Shown: in pieces, positions 25,970 through 38,825 of the stretch
How positions within the stretch are numbered: the first letter of the stretch is position 1
Layout: each line of letters begins with the position of its first letter
Program-made: the position numbers and the translations under genes
Assembly (NCBI GenBank): GCA_030390025.1
Contig: CM059432.1
Location: 76,076,001 to 76,140,000 of the forward strand
Reading direction: 5' to 3'
DNA: 64,000 nt
Source: Squalus acanthias
Taxonomy: Eukaryota
The notes under the pieces: model-generated
Databases searched by the model: none
The model's input: the letters and a program-made list of their open reading frames with translations, nothing else
What the model was told of the DNA's origin: nothing

Positions 25970-28587
25970 TTTTTAAATTTGTTTTTATGGGATGTGGGCA
26001 TCGCTGGCAAGGCCAGCATTTATTGCCCATCGCTAGTTGCCCTTGAGAAGGTGGTGATGAGCCACCTTCTTGAACTGCTGCAGTCCGTGTGGTGAAGGTA
26101 CTCCCACAGTGCTGTTAGGTAGGGAGTTCCAGGATTTTGACCGAGCAACGATGCAGGATCGGCGATATACTTCTAAGTCAGGATGATGTGTGACTTGGAG
26201 GGGAACTTGGAGGTGGTGGTGTTCCCATGCGTCTGCTGCCCTTGTCCTTCTAGGTGAAAGAGGTCGCGGGTTTGGGAGGTGCCGCCGAAGAAGCCTTGGC
26301 GAGTTGCTGCAGTGCATCTTGTAGATGGTACACACTGCAGCCATGGTACGCCATGGTGGAGGGAGTCAATGTTTAAGGTGGTAGAGGGGGTCCCAATCAA
26401 GCGGGCTGCTTTGTCCTGGATGGTGTCAAGCTTCTTGAGTGTTGTTGGAACTGCACTCATCCAGGCATGTGGAGAGTATTCCATCACACTCCTTCCTTGT
26501 GCCTTGTAGATGATTGAAAGGCTTTGGGGAGTTAGGAGGTGAGACACTCGCCGCAGAATACCTAGCCTCTGACCTGCTCTTGTTGCCACAGTATTTATGT
26601 GGCTGGTCCAGTTAAGTTTCTGGTCAATGGTGACCCCCCAGGATGTTGATGGTGAGAGATTCAGCGATGGTAATGCCATTGAATGTCAAGGGGCGGTTGT
26701 TAGACTCTCGCTTGTTGGAGGTAGTCATTGCCTGGCACTTCTGTGGCGCGAATGTTACCTGCTACTTTTCAGCCCAAGCCTGAACGTCGTCCAGGTCTTG
26801 TTGCATGCGGGCATGGACTGCTTCATTATCTGAGGAGTTGTGAATGGTACTGAACACTGTGCAGTCATCAGCGAACATCCCCATTTCTGACCTTATGTTG
26901 GAGGGAAGGTCATTGATGAAGCAGCTAAAGATGGTTGGGCCCGGGACACTGCCCTGAGGAACTCCTGCAGCAATGTCCTGGGGCTGTGATGATTGACCTT
27001 CAACCACCACAACCATCTTCCTTTGTGCTAGGTATGACCCCAGCCAGTGGAGAGTTTTCCCCCCCAATTCCCATTGACTTCAGTTTTATTAGGGCTCCTT
27101 GATGCCACACTCGATCAAATGTTGCCTTGATGTCAAGGGCAGTCACTCTCACCTCACCTCTGGAATTCAGCTCCTTTGTCTATGTTTGGACCAAGGTTGA
27201 AATGAGGTCGGGAGCCGAGTGATCTTGGCAGAACCCAAACTGGGCATCAGTGAGCAGGCTATTGGTGAGTAAATGCCGCTTGATAGCACTGTCGATGACA
27301 CCTTCCATCACTTTGCTGATGATTAAGAGTAGACTGCTGGGGCGGTAATTGGCTGGATTGGATTTGTCCTGCTTTTTGTGGACAGGACATACCTGGGCAG
27401 TTTTCCACATTGTCGGATAGATGCCAGTGTTGTAGCTGTACTGGAACAGCTTGGCTAGAAGCGTGGCTAGTTCTGGAGCACAAGTTATCAGCACGACAGC
27501 CGGGCTGTTTTCAGGGCCCATAGCCTTTGCTGTATCCAGTGCGCTCAACCGTTTCTTGATATCACGTGGAGTGAATCGAATTGGCTGAAGACTGGTTTCT
27601 GTGATGGTGGGGACCTCAGGAGGAGGCCGATATGGATCATCCACTTGGTACTTCTGGCTGAAGATGTTTGCAAACGCTTCAGCCTTGTCTTTTGCACTCA
27701 CGTGCTGGGCTCCACCATCATTGAGGATGGGGATATTCATGGAGCCTCCACCTCCCGTTAGTTGTTTAATGGTCCACCACCATTGATGACTGGATGTGGC
27801 AGGACTGCAGAGCTTTGATCTGATCTGTTGATTGTGGGATCGCTTAGCCCTGTCTATAGCATGCTGCCTCCACTTTTTAGCATGCATGTAGTCAGTCCTG
27901 TGTTGCAGCTTCCCCAGGTTGGCACCTAATTTTTAGGTACGCCTGGTGCTGCTCCTGGCATGCTCTTCTACACTCCTTATTGAACCAGGGTTGGTCCCCT
28001 GGCTTGATGGTAATGGTAGAGTGAGGAATATGCTGGGTCATGAGGTTACTGATTGTGGTGGAATACAATTCTGCTGCTGCTGATGGCCCACATCGCCTCG
28101 TGGATGCCCAGTTTTGAGCTGCTAGATCTGTTCTGAATCTATCCCATTTAGCACGGTGGTAGTGCCACACAACATGATGGAGGGTGTCCTCAGTGTGAAG
28201 ACGGGACTTCTTCTCCACAATGACTGTGCGGTGTTCACTGCTACCAATACTGTCATGGACAGATGCATCTGCGACAGGTAGATTGGTGAGGACGAGGTCA
28301 AGTAGGTTTTTTCTCGTGTTGGTTCTCTCACCACCTGTCGCAGCCCCAGACTGGCAGCTATGTCCTTCAGGACTCGGCCAGCTCGGTCATTAGTGGTGCT
28401 ACCGAGCCACTCTTGGTGATGGACATTGAAGTCCCCCACCCAGAGTACATTCTGTGCCCTTGCTATTCGCAGTGCTTCTTCTAAGTGGTGTTCAACATGG
28501 AGGAGTACTGATTCATCAGCTAAGGGAGGGCAGTAGGTGGTAATCAGCAGGAGGTTTCCTTGCCCATGCTTGACCTGAAGCCATGAG
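25970..28587 (-). mobile_element. 5'-truncated copy of the tRNA-headed LINE family
   Basis: EN motif GDFNVHHQEWLGS and RT ORF pieces 26033-28439; ACCT on both sides. Confidence 0.9.
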
Positions 28588-30595
28588 ACCTACAAAGAGA
28601 ATGGTTGAATTCGGCAGTACCATTACTGTCTCCTTTGATTAGTATTTCTAAACCATAAAACTTTTTTGTCTTAAATAGAACCATAGGAGTTTACAGGACT
28701 GATGAAGGCTATTCAGTCCATTGTGTCTGCCAACTCTTTGCTAGAAAAATGCAAAACTTATTCCACTGACTCTTTTTCTCCCCATAGCCCTGTATCTTCC
28801 TCTGCTTCAAATATTTATCCAACTTTCTGTTGGATAAGTCCTTTACCTATTGAACAGATTCATAAAGCTAGAGACAGTGCTTTGTTTGATAATTCACTTC
28901 ATTTATTACTGACAAAACATTAATCTTAAACACTCTAAACATCCATACAGAGTAACGCATATTAGCCCCGCATCCAAAACTCACATGCGCGGATTTTAAT
29001 GAGGATCCATGAAGATGGCCTCTCCAAGACTATTCATGCCACAGCGTCTTGAAGGCAGCAACAATCTCTTTCTTTCTAACCAGGTAAAAACATGACATCT
29101 CTTTTATACCATTTTCTTTATGGTCTACTTCCTGCTGGGTGCAACACTATCTGATGTTTTACTCAGTTACTCAAACCGATTGCCAAACGGAGATGAGAGG
29201 CCCCATGCCTTTTCAGGCCAAATTTTTACTTCCTATCATTGCTTTTCCCTGAGCCACAGCTTTGTTGTAAACAACCTTTGATGCATGCACTCATAGCAGC
29301 ATATTGCCTTTTATATTGCAGAAATCTCCTGGCCTTACACTGCTGTGATGAAACACCTGTGTTTTAAAAGCTTGTTTTTCAAGCTTAATAATTCTTTTCG
29401 GTCAATATTTCTCCACTTAGCTCTATTTATTTATATGTGCCTATCTTAATAGTACAATATCCTTGATCCTGAAATTCATTCTTCTCCAATGTTATCAACA
29501 CCATTGAGGGGAAAAGACAGGCTTTTCGAGAACATGATTTAAACCAATTCCATCTACATTACTGTTTTGTCTTTGTTAGAAATAAAAGTAACATTAAAAC
29601 ATATTGATATTCTTAGACTTTCCCTTAAAGAATAAAATAGTCTCTACTTCAACCACTCCCTGTAGCAAAGGATTCCAAGTTCGAAAAACTCTCCATGCAA
29701 CCAAATTGAAAAACAAATCTCACACCTGAAATGTAATTACTACTATTGTGCATAGATGTGACACTCCACCAGAAACCAAATCCATTTTTGTAACTGATAA
29801 TTACTGTATATATTGTGATGACTCCTGTAACACTTGCATAATCATTAATACCAGTCTAATTACGGACATTTTAACATACTTTACGCCCCACCCTAATTTC
29901 ATCTAATTGTGCTGACTGTTACTGTAATTTTAGAACCTCCTTAAATCTAAACATATCAAATAACAAATACCTAAATATAGTAGCCCATGAAACACCAGTA
30001 GGATTTGTACCATAGACTGTTAATCAATTTGTAACATCAGCTATGATTTACCCTGTAATATTTTTCCAAACATGCAAGATTGTCACCAATTTAATTTTAA
30101 TATTTTTTCCTAAAACAACCACACACTATGAAGAATCCTGCCATGAATGCTACACAGTCCTTTATAGTCACATCATTATATTGAATGAATCATATAAACC
30201 TACCAGTAAGTCAGCCATTATTTATATCCTGTTTTCTTATATTTAAAAAATGTCGTAACTTTGTTTTCTATTTATTCTCATAGTATAACCAGAACTACCC
30301 AAGAGTGAATTGTTTAGGAGTGTAATGTCTGTTGCCATGGTGGGTTAGTCATGTCTGCCAACTGGATAGATATAACCTATTTGTGCCAGAAGATGCATTG
30401 TTCAGCTCATTAGCAGGCATATCACATGTAAACTTACCTGCACAGTTTTTGAAATATATGTACACATAAATAGCTAAGATCTATTAATTTAATAAACAAC
30501 ATAATGGGGTCAATTTTAGTCTTGGCTGTTGGAACTGGTAGAACGTGAGCACAGTGGCAATTTTGGCTGCATGAATCATAGAATGATACAGCACA

Positions 30596-32225
30596 TGTAG
30601 AATTCGCAAAATTATCGCGATTTTATAAAAATAAGAAGGAGACATAAAGTTTCGTATAAACAGCTTTATTTCAGCAGAATGCTGTCAGGTTTCAAAACGG
30701 ACACAAACAGCCTGTAAAATGGCCACCACGCCTCGTGGCAGAAAGTTCTAGACTTTCAGTAGGCAGACAAGATGGCGCTTCAATAAACATTTCAGCAAGA
30801 TCGGACAGGACTCAGCACATTTGAGATAATTGACAAGACATGATGGGTTTGCATTTTAAACATAAATACTGAAATCGGTCCCCCAGGTGCAAACAAGGGC
30901 TATTGTACTGAGCGATCAAGGACCCATCCAAAGACATTAATATGCAAAATCCCCACGGCTCTACGATGAGAGAGCCGTTCACGGGTACTCACAGCAAGCA
31001 TTTGGAAGCCCCAAAACCCCTCCAGGGAGACTACTAGCCGGTTCCACAATGGGAGAAATATTAACGGGTACTCAGACAGTCACAAGTGTCACCGAAACCC
31101 ATTAAAGACTGAGATCACCCCATACAAGAAGTTTGAGCGCCAAAACCCTGACAAAAGATAGACATTAAGATTGGGCGGGAAAAGAGGAATTACAGCACTA
31201 TAACTGTAAAGTACAGCCGTCCATCTCTCTCTTGCTGCTTTGACTCGCTGGAAGGCTGCTGAACTCTTATTCTCTTGCCTGACGACTCTGGACTCTGATC
31301 CGCTAGGATCAACCTCGTGGCTTGCCGCGAAGATCTGTGGAGAACTGGGCTGTGAGGCCTGGAGGCGGGCGCACCATCCCGAGGAGTTGGTAAACGGTGT
31401 TGGAACCAAAGGCCCGAGAGGAGATGAGATGAGATGAGATGAGATGAGAACAAGACTACACGTGTCGCCACGATCAGTAAGCCCCGACCGCGCCTAAAAA
31501 TATAAGGACCATTTTCGAATTCTATCGGCTACTCCACAACTGGCCCGAGAAGACTATTCTTCGAGTTCTACCGACAACTGGCGTAGGACACAGGAAGACT
31601 CTTTTTTGAGAAGTATCAGAACTCCGAGGGCAACACAGATCTTCATGACAGCAGACGGTCCAGCCTGCTAGCCGGAGCAGAAACGAGTAAACAAGTGGGG
31701 TACAGAGACCCCTGATCAACACGTGGATAGTCAGGTGCTGCGGTAAAAACATCCGAGCAGAGTTTCGGAATTCTCCGAGTTATCACGAGTGGTGAGCATG
31801 AGTCTCGATCCTACAAATCTAGATTAGGACAGGTATTGATAGGGGAGGGTTTAAGTTTTAAGGATAATTATAATGTGTGTCCCCTTTTACGATGTGTCGT
31901 GCGCTCCTCGTTTCCCTAAAATTAGTTTCATAACTATGTGTAAGATTGTACTGTCATTAATCTGTGCTTATGACATGTATCTCGTAATCTTGAATAATAT
32001 GCAATAAAGATTTTCCATTTCGCACTATTCAACCGGGTCTACCTGAGTTTTCTCTGCATTATTGCTCTCGCACCTAAGTCCAGTGTCAGAACCGTAAGGG
32101 CGAGTGGGTCGAACCACTCACAGGTGTCTAGTGTTACCAGGCTGGCTGGAGACCAGAACAGGCAACAAGGCCTAACCCCGCACTAGCACCCAGGCTAAGC
32201 ACAGAGCCACACGTCACCCCTTACA
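30596..32225 (+). repeat. 5' LTR, 1630 bp
   Basis: TGTA...TACA termini; direct repeat of 41618-47413 minus the Harbinger; ATTGG/GGGCGG ~31170-31178, TATAA 31199-31203, (GAGAT)n 31421-31449, AATAAA 32003-32008. Confidence 0.95.
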
Positions 32226-32229
32226 GATA

Positions 32230-34045
32230 ATGGCGACCACGAAGGGACACTGGCAGCGAGAAAATAATGTGTTAGACCCTGGTATGAATGGGCGAAATGT
32301 GATGGAAGAGAGAATAGCCGATTATGTTTTTGGAAAAGTGAATTTGACTAAGAGATGGATAAGTGACCTGCTGGTGGATAAGCGTCCACTAGAGGCAGCC
32401 GTGAGGTGGACAGGTAGCAAGGAACATAAAAAAACTGTAGAGAAAGCGGTCTGGCTGATGTGCTATAAAAGACAAGTCCAGCTTTCGGACCAGGTCATCA
32501 TAGCGCAGGCAGCTCAGATCAAGGGTTTAGAGGTGGAAATGGACGAGAAGGTCGCGGGGGGGCAGCAGCTCATCGCGTCTTTAAATGCGTTGCATCAAGA
32601 ACGCCAGTTAGTCGCCAACCACCATGAGGCGAAAATAGATTACCTCGAGTGCCAGGTCACTGAGGCAAAGTTAAATGAGGGCAGAATAAGGGAACGATGT
32701 GCCCGCCTAGCTGCCCAAATAAAAGCCCAGGAAGAGAGCTTAACGGGGGTTAGGGCGGCATATAAGATGGCCCTCGAGGATAAACATGAGGGGGCCGATC
32801 ACAGCATCTGTCAAAGAGAGATAGGGAACCTTAAAGAGGCCCTGAATAAAGCGCACGGCATGGTGTGCCTTATCAGCCCGTCAGCACACCAGCCGCCGGT
32901 GGGTGGGGAATTTCAGAAATCCCCACCGAACAAGGCAGAGGAGGTATTTGCCACTGTGCCCTCCGCGCCACCCAGCTATTCAGCAACCTGGGTGAGGAAG
33001 GAAGTGGTAGAAGTAGAGGAAGAGGTCCCCGAGGTAGTACAGCCCCCTGAGGTAGAAGTGAAGCCGGGACCGTTGTGTCCGGTCACGGGTATCAAAAGGG
33101 GCCCGAACAGAGACGGTGGGGCAGAGGGGGATCTCCTCAGCCAGCTTGTGTTGCCGCACAATGCATACCAGCTGAGGGCCATGATCACGTACGGAAGCTG
33201 TCCGAGTCAGATGACCCTTCCGTACATTTCAGGGAGGTAGAGCAGACCGCAGCCATTAACGGCTGCGACGATGGGGAAAAAGCAAAAATGCTGCTGTTCT
33301 CATTAGACAGCTCGATCCTTCTGTGTCTCTCAGACGAGAGCAAGAGGGGAAATAATACCTATGAGGAGTTAAGAGATGAGGTCCTGGAAGTGTTGGGAGC
33401 GGACGATGAAGGTCCGTTCGTTAGATTGGGACAAACAGTGCAGATGGAGGGAGAACCCCCGAAGGTTTTCGCCGACAGGCTGTGGCCAGTATATTAACGT
33501 AGCTGCCCAGGCGCGCCAGCGCGTCACCGCATAGACTTGTCAGTTTAACTCATTGGCTCAGGTGTGTGGTAGCCAACAGTTTGCCAGCCGTCAGGGAGCA
33601 GGCCAAAGCGTGGTTTGATCCCACTAACCCCGCCACAACAGAGGAGTCGGTCCTAAATCGACTCACGGTAGGGTACCGTAATACCAGGAGTACGGGAGCA
33701 CGTCCCCTTAAGGGAAAGGTGCATGAGGCTCGGCCCACAGCCCCGGCTCAAAAGGAGTTGCATCAGGAGGGAAATCGCGTCCCACAGGCCAGTAATGCTT
33801 GTTTCGGATGCGGAAAGACAGGGCACTGGCGCAAGAACTGCAGGAACCCTTGGAAGGAGTCCAGGGATAAAAATCCCGCAGTCCGAGCCCAGGCGCCTGT
33901 CTCTGATAGGGGAGCTGGTGTGCCTATCCATCCCGATGCGATAGAATCAATGTTGGGAGCCATGCGCACCCTCATGATTTCGCAAGGAAGGGTGGCAGTC
34001 GCTACCAGCCCCGCAGATGCCGCAGCCCCGTCCAACAGTACTCAA
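32230..34045 (+). pseudogene. gag: gag, disrupted (frameshift ~33187, stop 33495-33497, second frameshift before ~33545)
   Basis: N-terminal coiled coil, PSAPPSY, capsid-like helical region (ORF 33075-33497), CX2CX4HX4C knuckle CFGCGKTGHWRKNC. Confidence 0.85.
32231..32248 (+). other. Primer binding site, tRNA-Arg (TCG-type 3' end)
   Basis: TGGCGACCACGAAGGGAC is the reverse complement of GTCCCTTCGTGGTCG-CCA; lies 5 nt after the LTR end. Confidence 0.85.
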
Positions 34046-37000
34046 AGACTAGAGCCCGCACAGCCCGTCTACCTGTGTCCGCTCAGCTATGATGCGTGGA
34101 AGCGACCCCTGGTGGAGATGGAGGTAGAGAAGCAGAAGGGTAGTTATTTGTTGGACACGGGAGCTTCATGCACCGTGATTCATACGGATAGCCCCTTTGA
34201 CTCACCGCTATCTACCAAGGTCCCATACACATTAGCGGGGTTTACGGGAAAAGAGCAGGCTGGCGCGTTCTCCATTCCGCTATCCATTCATTTAGGAGCA
34301 CTCCACACCACGTGGAAGTGCATACTGATGAAATGGCAAGAGGGGGGTGGGAGAGGCATCCTCGGATCAGATCTCCTATCGGGGCACGGGATCCTCGTGG
34401 ACCTCAGGAATCACTGTCTCTGGGGAGCTAAGGGTGGAAAAGGCAAGGTAGTGGTAATCCCGGGGGAGGAAGGTAAAGGGGCCCTGTGTACCATGAAGCC
34501 ATCCGGAGGCTACGACCTCGGGCTTATGGTCGCGGATGTCCCAACGGACATGCAGACGTACGTGTCAGATAATATGCACGCGTTTGCAACCCACAAGCAC
34601 GATTGTGGGAGGGTTACCGGGTTTGAGGTCAGCGTAGATGGGGACCCCATGACCCGGCCCCAAAAGCAGTATAACTTCCCCAAAGAAGCAGAACCCGATA
34701 TGGAGACAGCAATGTCCTCCTTGGTGCAGCAGGGCGTGTTGAGGCCGATAGCCACACACGTAAACTCCCCATTATGACCGGTTAGGAAGCCGGATAATTC
34801 GTGGAGGGCCACGGTGGACTACAGAGTCCTTAACAGTAACATTCCCGCCTGCGCGCCCACGGTAGCAGCAGTTGCTGACCTAATAGGGAGTATCCCAGCG
34901 TCCGCGACCACGTTCACGGTGCTGGATATCTCGAACGGTTTTTGGTCCATCCCGCTGCGGCGAGAGGACCAGTACAAGTTTGCCTTTACTTTCAAAGGAC
35001 AACAGTACACATGGAACTGTTTGCCACAGGGTTTCCACAACAGCCCCAGTATTTTCCACCAGTGTATGGCAGGAAGTTTAAAGGAGTTTAGTCAGCCCAA
35101 TCAGATAGTGCAGTACGTGGATGATTTGCTCCTATTTACGGACTCAAGGGAGGAGCATGGACCACTGCTGGCCGAGTTATTGGAGCTGCTAGCGAGAAAG
35201 GGTTTTAAAGTGAACCCTAAGAAAGCACGAATCGGTCAGCAGGAAGTAAAATTCCTGGGGCTGACCATTCGCGCTGGGGAAAGAGCCATAGATAAGGCTA
35301 GGAGGGAGTCGGTGCAAGAGTTACCGATTCCCAACACCATAAGGGTTGTGAGGTCCTTTTTGGGACTGACCGGTTACTGCAGGGATTTTATCGAAGACTA
35401 TGCGGCCACAGCGGCGCTGCTGCTCCGACTCCTCCATAGGGGAGTGGAGTGGTCTTGGGACGAGGGCTGCCAGGCAGCCTTCGAGAAGTTAAAAAGGGAT
35501 TTGCAGACCGCGCCAGCTTTAGGGGCCATAGATGGGGGGAAGGAGTTTTTCCTGGAGGTAGCTGCCAGCGGAGACAGCTTGGGCGCTGTGCTGCTCCAAG
35601 AGTGTCACGGCAAGCTGAGGCCGGTTGTCTATTCGTCCAGAGTGTTAACGGATGTGGAGAGGAGTTTCTCCAATTGCGAAAGGCATCTTTTAGCCACGCA
35701 TTGGGCTGTGAAAAGATCAGCGATCTTCACAGGGCTCTCTCCCATCACCCATCACACACCAACTAAGATGCTTCTAGATGGGAGGATTAAGGATGGGACC
35801 GTAAGCAACGCTCGAATTGCGCGCTGGACCCTTCTCCTTTCCCAGATGGATCTTAGAATTAAAGGTCTTTGCGAGCCCAGGCTTGTGGCCAATTTGGTAT
35901 ATCCCGGTACAGCCCACCAGTGTTCGGTGGAAGGGGTGTGGGAAGTCAGCATAGGTTTGCGGGCCGGGATACATCCCACAGGTCGCGAGATTTATGTTGA
36001 TGGTTCCAGCACAGTGTCCGCTGGCGAACGACTCACAGGGTGTGGAGTTTATGACCCTGCGGCAAACCTTGCCCTGGCGATTAAACTCCCCAGCACCATG
36101 AGCGCGCAGCAGGCTGAGCTGTCTGCGGTGGTGTACATCGTTACCCACCCAGAAACTTTCCCAACCCCATACACGATTTGCTCGGACAGTATGTTCACAT
36201 GCAATTCGTGTACGGAATACCTGGCCATTTGGTCCCGCCGTGGATACACCACCGCGGACGGGCGACCTTTAACGGTGAAGCCCTTGCTGGAAAAGATCCT
36301 AGCAGCAGTAGGGGAGGAAGGGGAGATTTTCATCCATAAGGTGAAGGCTCACTCCTCCACAGAGCCCCGTGGGGAGGGCAACCAGCAGGCGGATGCGCTA
36401 GCCAGGGAGGGTGCCCGTAACGGCATTTTCTGGGACCCCTATGGGCCCAGACCCGTGGCAGCGATCCAGGGCAGGGACGGGAATCCCGGGAACACTAGGG
36501 TAGCATTGCCCCTAGACCTTAAGACCGTCCAGAACCAGGATCCCGCCCTAAAGGCAGTTCTCAGAACCATTGCTGAGGGCAAGCAGGTAGAGGGTCCGTA
36601 CAGTACGGCCACCCTCTCCGTTAAGGAAGGCATGCTGTTCCGCGAGGAGCAGTGGGTTGTGCCGCAGCAGCACAGGAGGGAATTCCTCCAGTTGGCTCAT
36701 GAGGGGCCGGGGGCAGGGCACCCCGGGCCCGAGGTTACCTGGCAACGGGTAGAGCAGGCGGGATGGTGGCCGGGACTCAGGGAGCAGGTCCGCGAGTTCT
36801 GTGCTAGCTGTCTCGTGTGCGCTGCAAACAACCCAGACCCCCAGAAAAGGACAGTGCCCATGGGGCACATCAGGAGGGTGGAAGGACCATGGCAGTCGAT
36901 ACAGATCGACTATATAGGGCCCCTGCCCACCACCCAGGGAGGCTATAAATACTGCCTCGTCTTGGTGGATGTGTTTTCCAAATGGGTGGAAGCCTTCCCC

Positions 37001-38530
37001 TGTAGAACAGCTACGGCACTGGGTACTGCAAAAATCTTGGTCCGGGAAGTGTTCTCGCGGTGGGGACTCCCCCGTTTTGTGGAGTCAGACCAAGGGAGTC
37101 ATTTCACCGGCCAGGTGATGCAGAACACCCTCATGCTTTTGGGCATTGAAGGGAAATGGCACGTAGCGCACAATCCCCAGTCATCCGGGATTGTTGAACG
37201 CATGAACCGGACCCTGAAGGAGAAATTGAGGAAAGAGACTATGAACTCGCCCCAAAAATGGGCGGAGGTTCTGCCTTTAGTCCTCATGGGGGTCCGGGCC
37301 AGTCAGTCGAAAAGTACGGGGTATTCCCCGCACGAGGTGATGACTGGGAGGATCATGCGAACCCCCACCCATGTGCTAGCGCCGGTGCTCACTGAGGGTC
37401 AGCTCCAAGAGGTAAGCAGGGACAAGTTCGTCCAGACCCTCTTGGAGCGCCTGAAGCAGGTTTATGAGCAGGCGGCTGGGAACATGGGAAGGCAGCATCA
37501 GGGCAATCGCCTGTTGCTGGAACCCCGCAAGAAGCGGGAGTGAGAAGTAGGAGACCAGGTCATGGTCAGAAACTATGCCAGAGTAGGAAGTCTGGAACCA
37601 CTGTATATGGGACCCTACAGCATTGTAGATAAGGCGAGTCCCATGGTATACGCCGTAAAGGTACCTCGGCGCACAAAGTGGTTCCACGTAAATCAGTGCA
37701 AACTGTATAAGCCGGGTGCACAAGGGCCAACCACAGGGGCCAAACCTGCGAGTGGGGACTCGCAGCCCCGGGTAGGGCCACAGGGCACACAGGCAGGCAA
37801 AGCAGCCTGCATCAGGGGAGAGGACATCCTAGCAAAATGTAGGATCCTTTATTTGGGTTGGGAGTCAGATGAGGAAGAGTTCGAGGAGCTCAACCAAGAT
37901 AGTGACACAAGCGAAGAGGAGCTGGAATCGGAGGACGAAAGGGTCGCCCCCGATTCAGGTATAGGGGAGACAGGGGCTGCAGATAGAGATCCACACAGGG
38001 TGGAGGCCGAAGCTGCAGGTCCCGAACGCAGGGGGGCGGAGCTAGGGGAGGCGGAGCCAGCCACTGTGGTGGGACCACAGGGCGTGGCGATGGAAGCCTC
38101 AGAGCCCGAGCCGCCCACCTTGAACGTCTTGCCCTCAAGGGAGGTAGGGACTGCGAGAGAAGGGCCGCCTACTGGGCCAAGTAGGGCAGTGCCACAAGCT
38201 GCAGATCCCGAGTTCAGGGAGGCGGAGTCAGGGGAGGCGGAGCCAGCGACTGTGGTGGGACCACAGGTCGCCACGGTGGAAGTCTCGGAACCCGGTCCGT
38301 CAGTCCTGGAGTTCCTGCCCCCGGTAGTTCCCCGTAGGTCAAGTCGGAAACCCCAGCCCAGAAAGATGTGGGTAAGTCCCCTGTATGTCCCCAAGCGTAG
38401 GCCCAGGGCTAAGGCAGCCCAGGGAGAGCCCAGTCACAGCGCAGCAGCAACAGGCTGCGGCAGATCAAAGGAAGGGGTCAATGCCCTCCCACCGTTGGGA
38501 GAAGCCTGCGGCAGCAACCGCAGAATTTGA
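34046..38530 (+). pseudogene. pol: pro-pol: aspartic protease, RT, tether, RNase H, integrase with GPY motif and long C-terminal extension; two in-frame TGA (34775, 37541)
   Basis: LLDTGAS/ILGSD; LDISNGF, LPQGF, YVDD; IYVDGSS..SAQQAEL..SDS..KVKAH..GNQQAD; HHCC, IDYIG..SDQG..GIVERMN; MGPY. ORFs 33566, 34814 and 37562 are all in the same frame. Confidence 0.95.
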
Positions 38531-38825
38531 GTAGGCCGCCCTGGGAACGGGCGGCACTGTACAGTTATAAGATAAGTGATAAGTTGATAAGTTTTGTAAG
38601 TTCAAGTTTATAGTTCTTAAATCAGGTTAAGTTTGTAGTTTAAGGTTTTTAACAGAAAATGGTAAAATGATGGGAGTTGTAGAGATAGGAATAGTTAAAG
38701 TCTATCCAGCGCACATGTCTTCTTACGTGAGGCGAGGTCAGGGGACCCGCTCACCCTTCACAAAAGCCAGAGACTCTTGGGAGGCTGGCTACCTCATTCT
38801 ATCTGATCACAGGAACCAAGGAAGG

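Noticed and set aside
30585..30595. Target-site duplication for the provirus
   Set aside because: No match after 47413 or 47775; the right flank appears deleted
34775..37543. APOBEC-type hypermutation (two apparent TGG>TGA stops)
   Set aside because: Most Trp codons are intact, and LTR differences are largely CpG transitions in both copies
38667..38825. 53-aa N-terminal extension of env in the ORF track
   Set aside because: Lies mostly upstream of a likely splice acceptor; the signal peptide starts at ATG 38826. A long foamy-like leader peptide cannot be fully excluded
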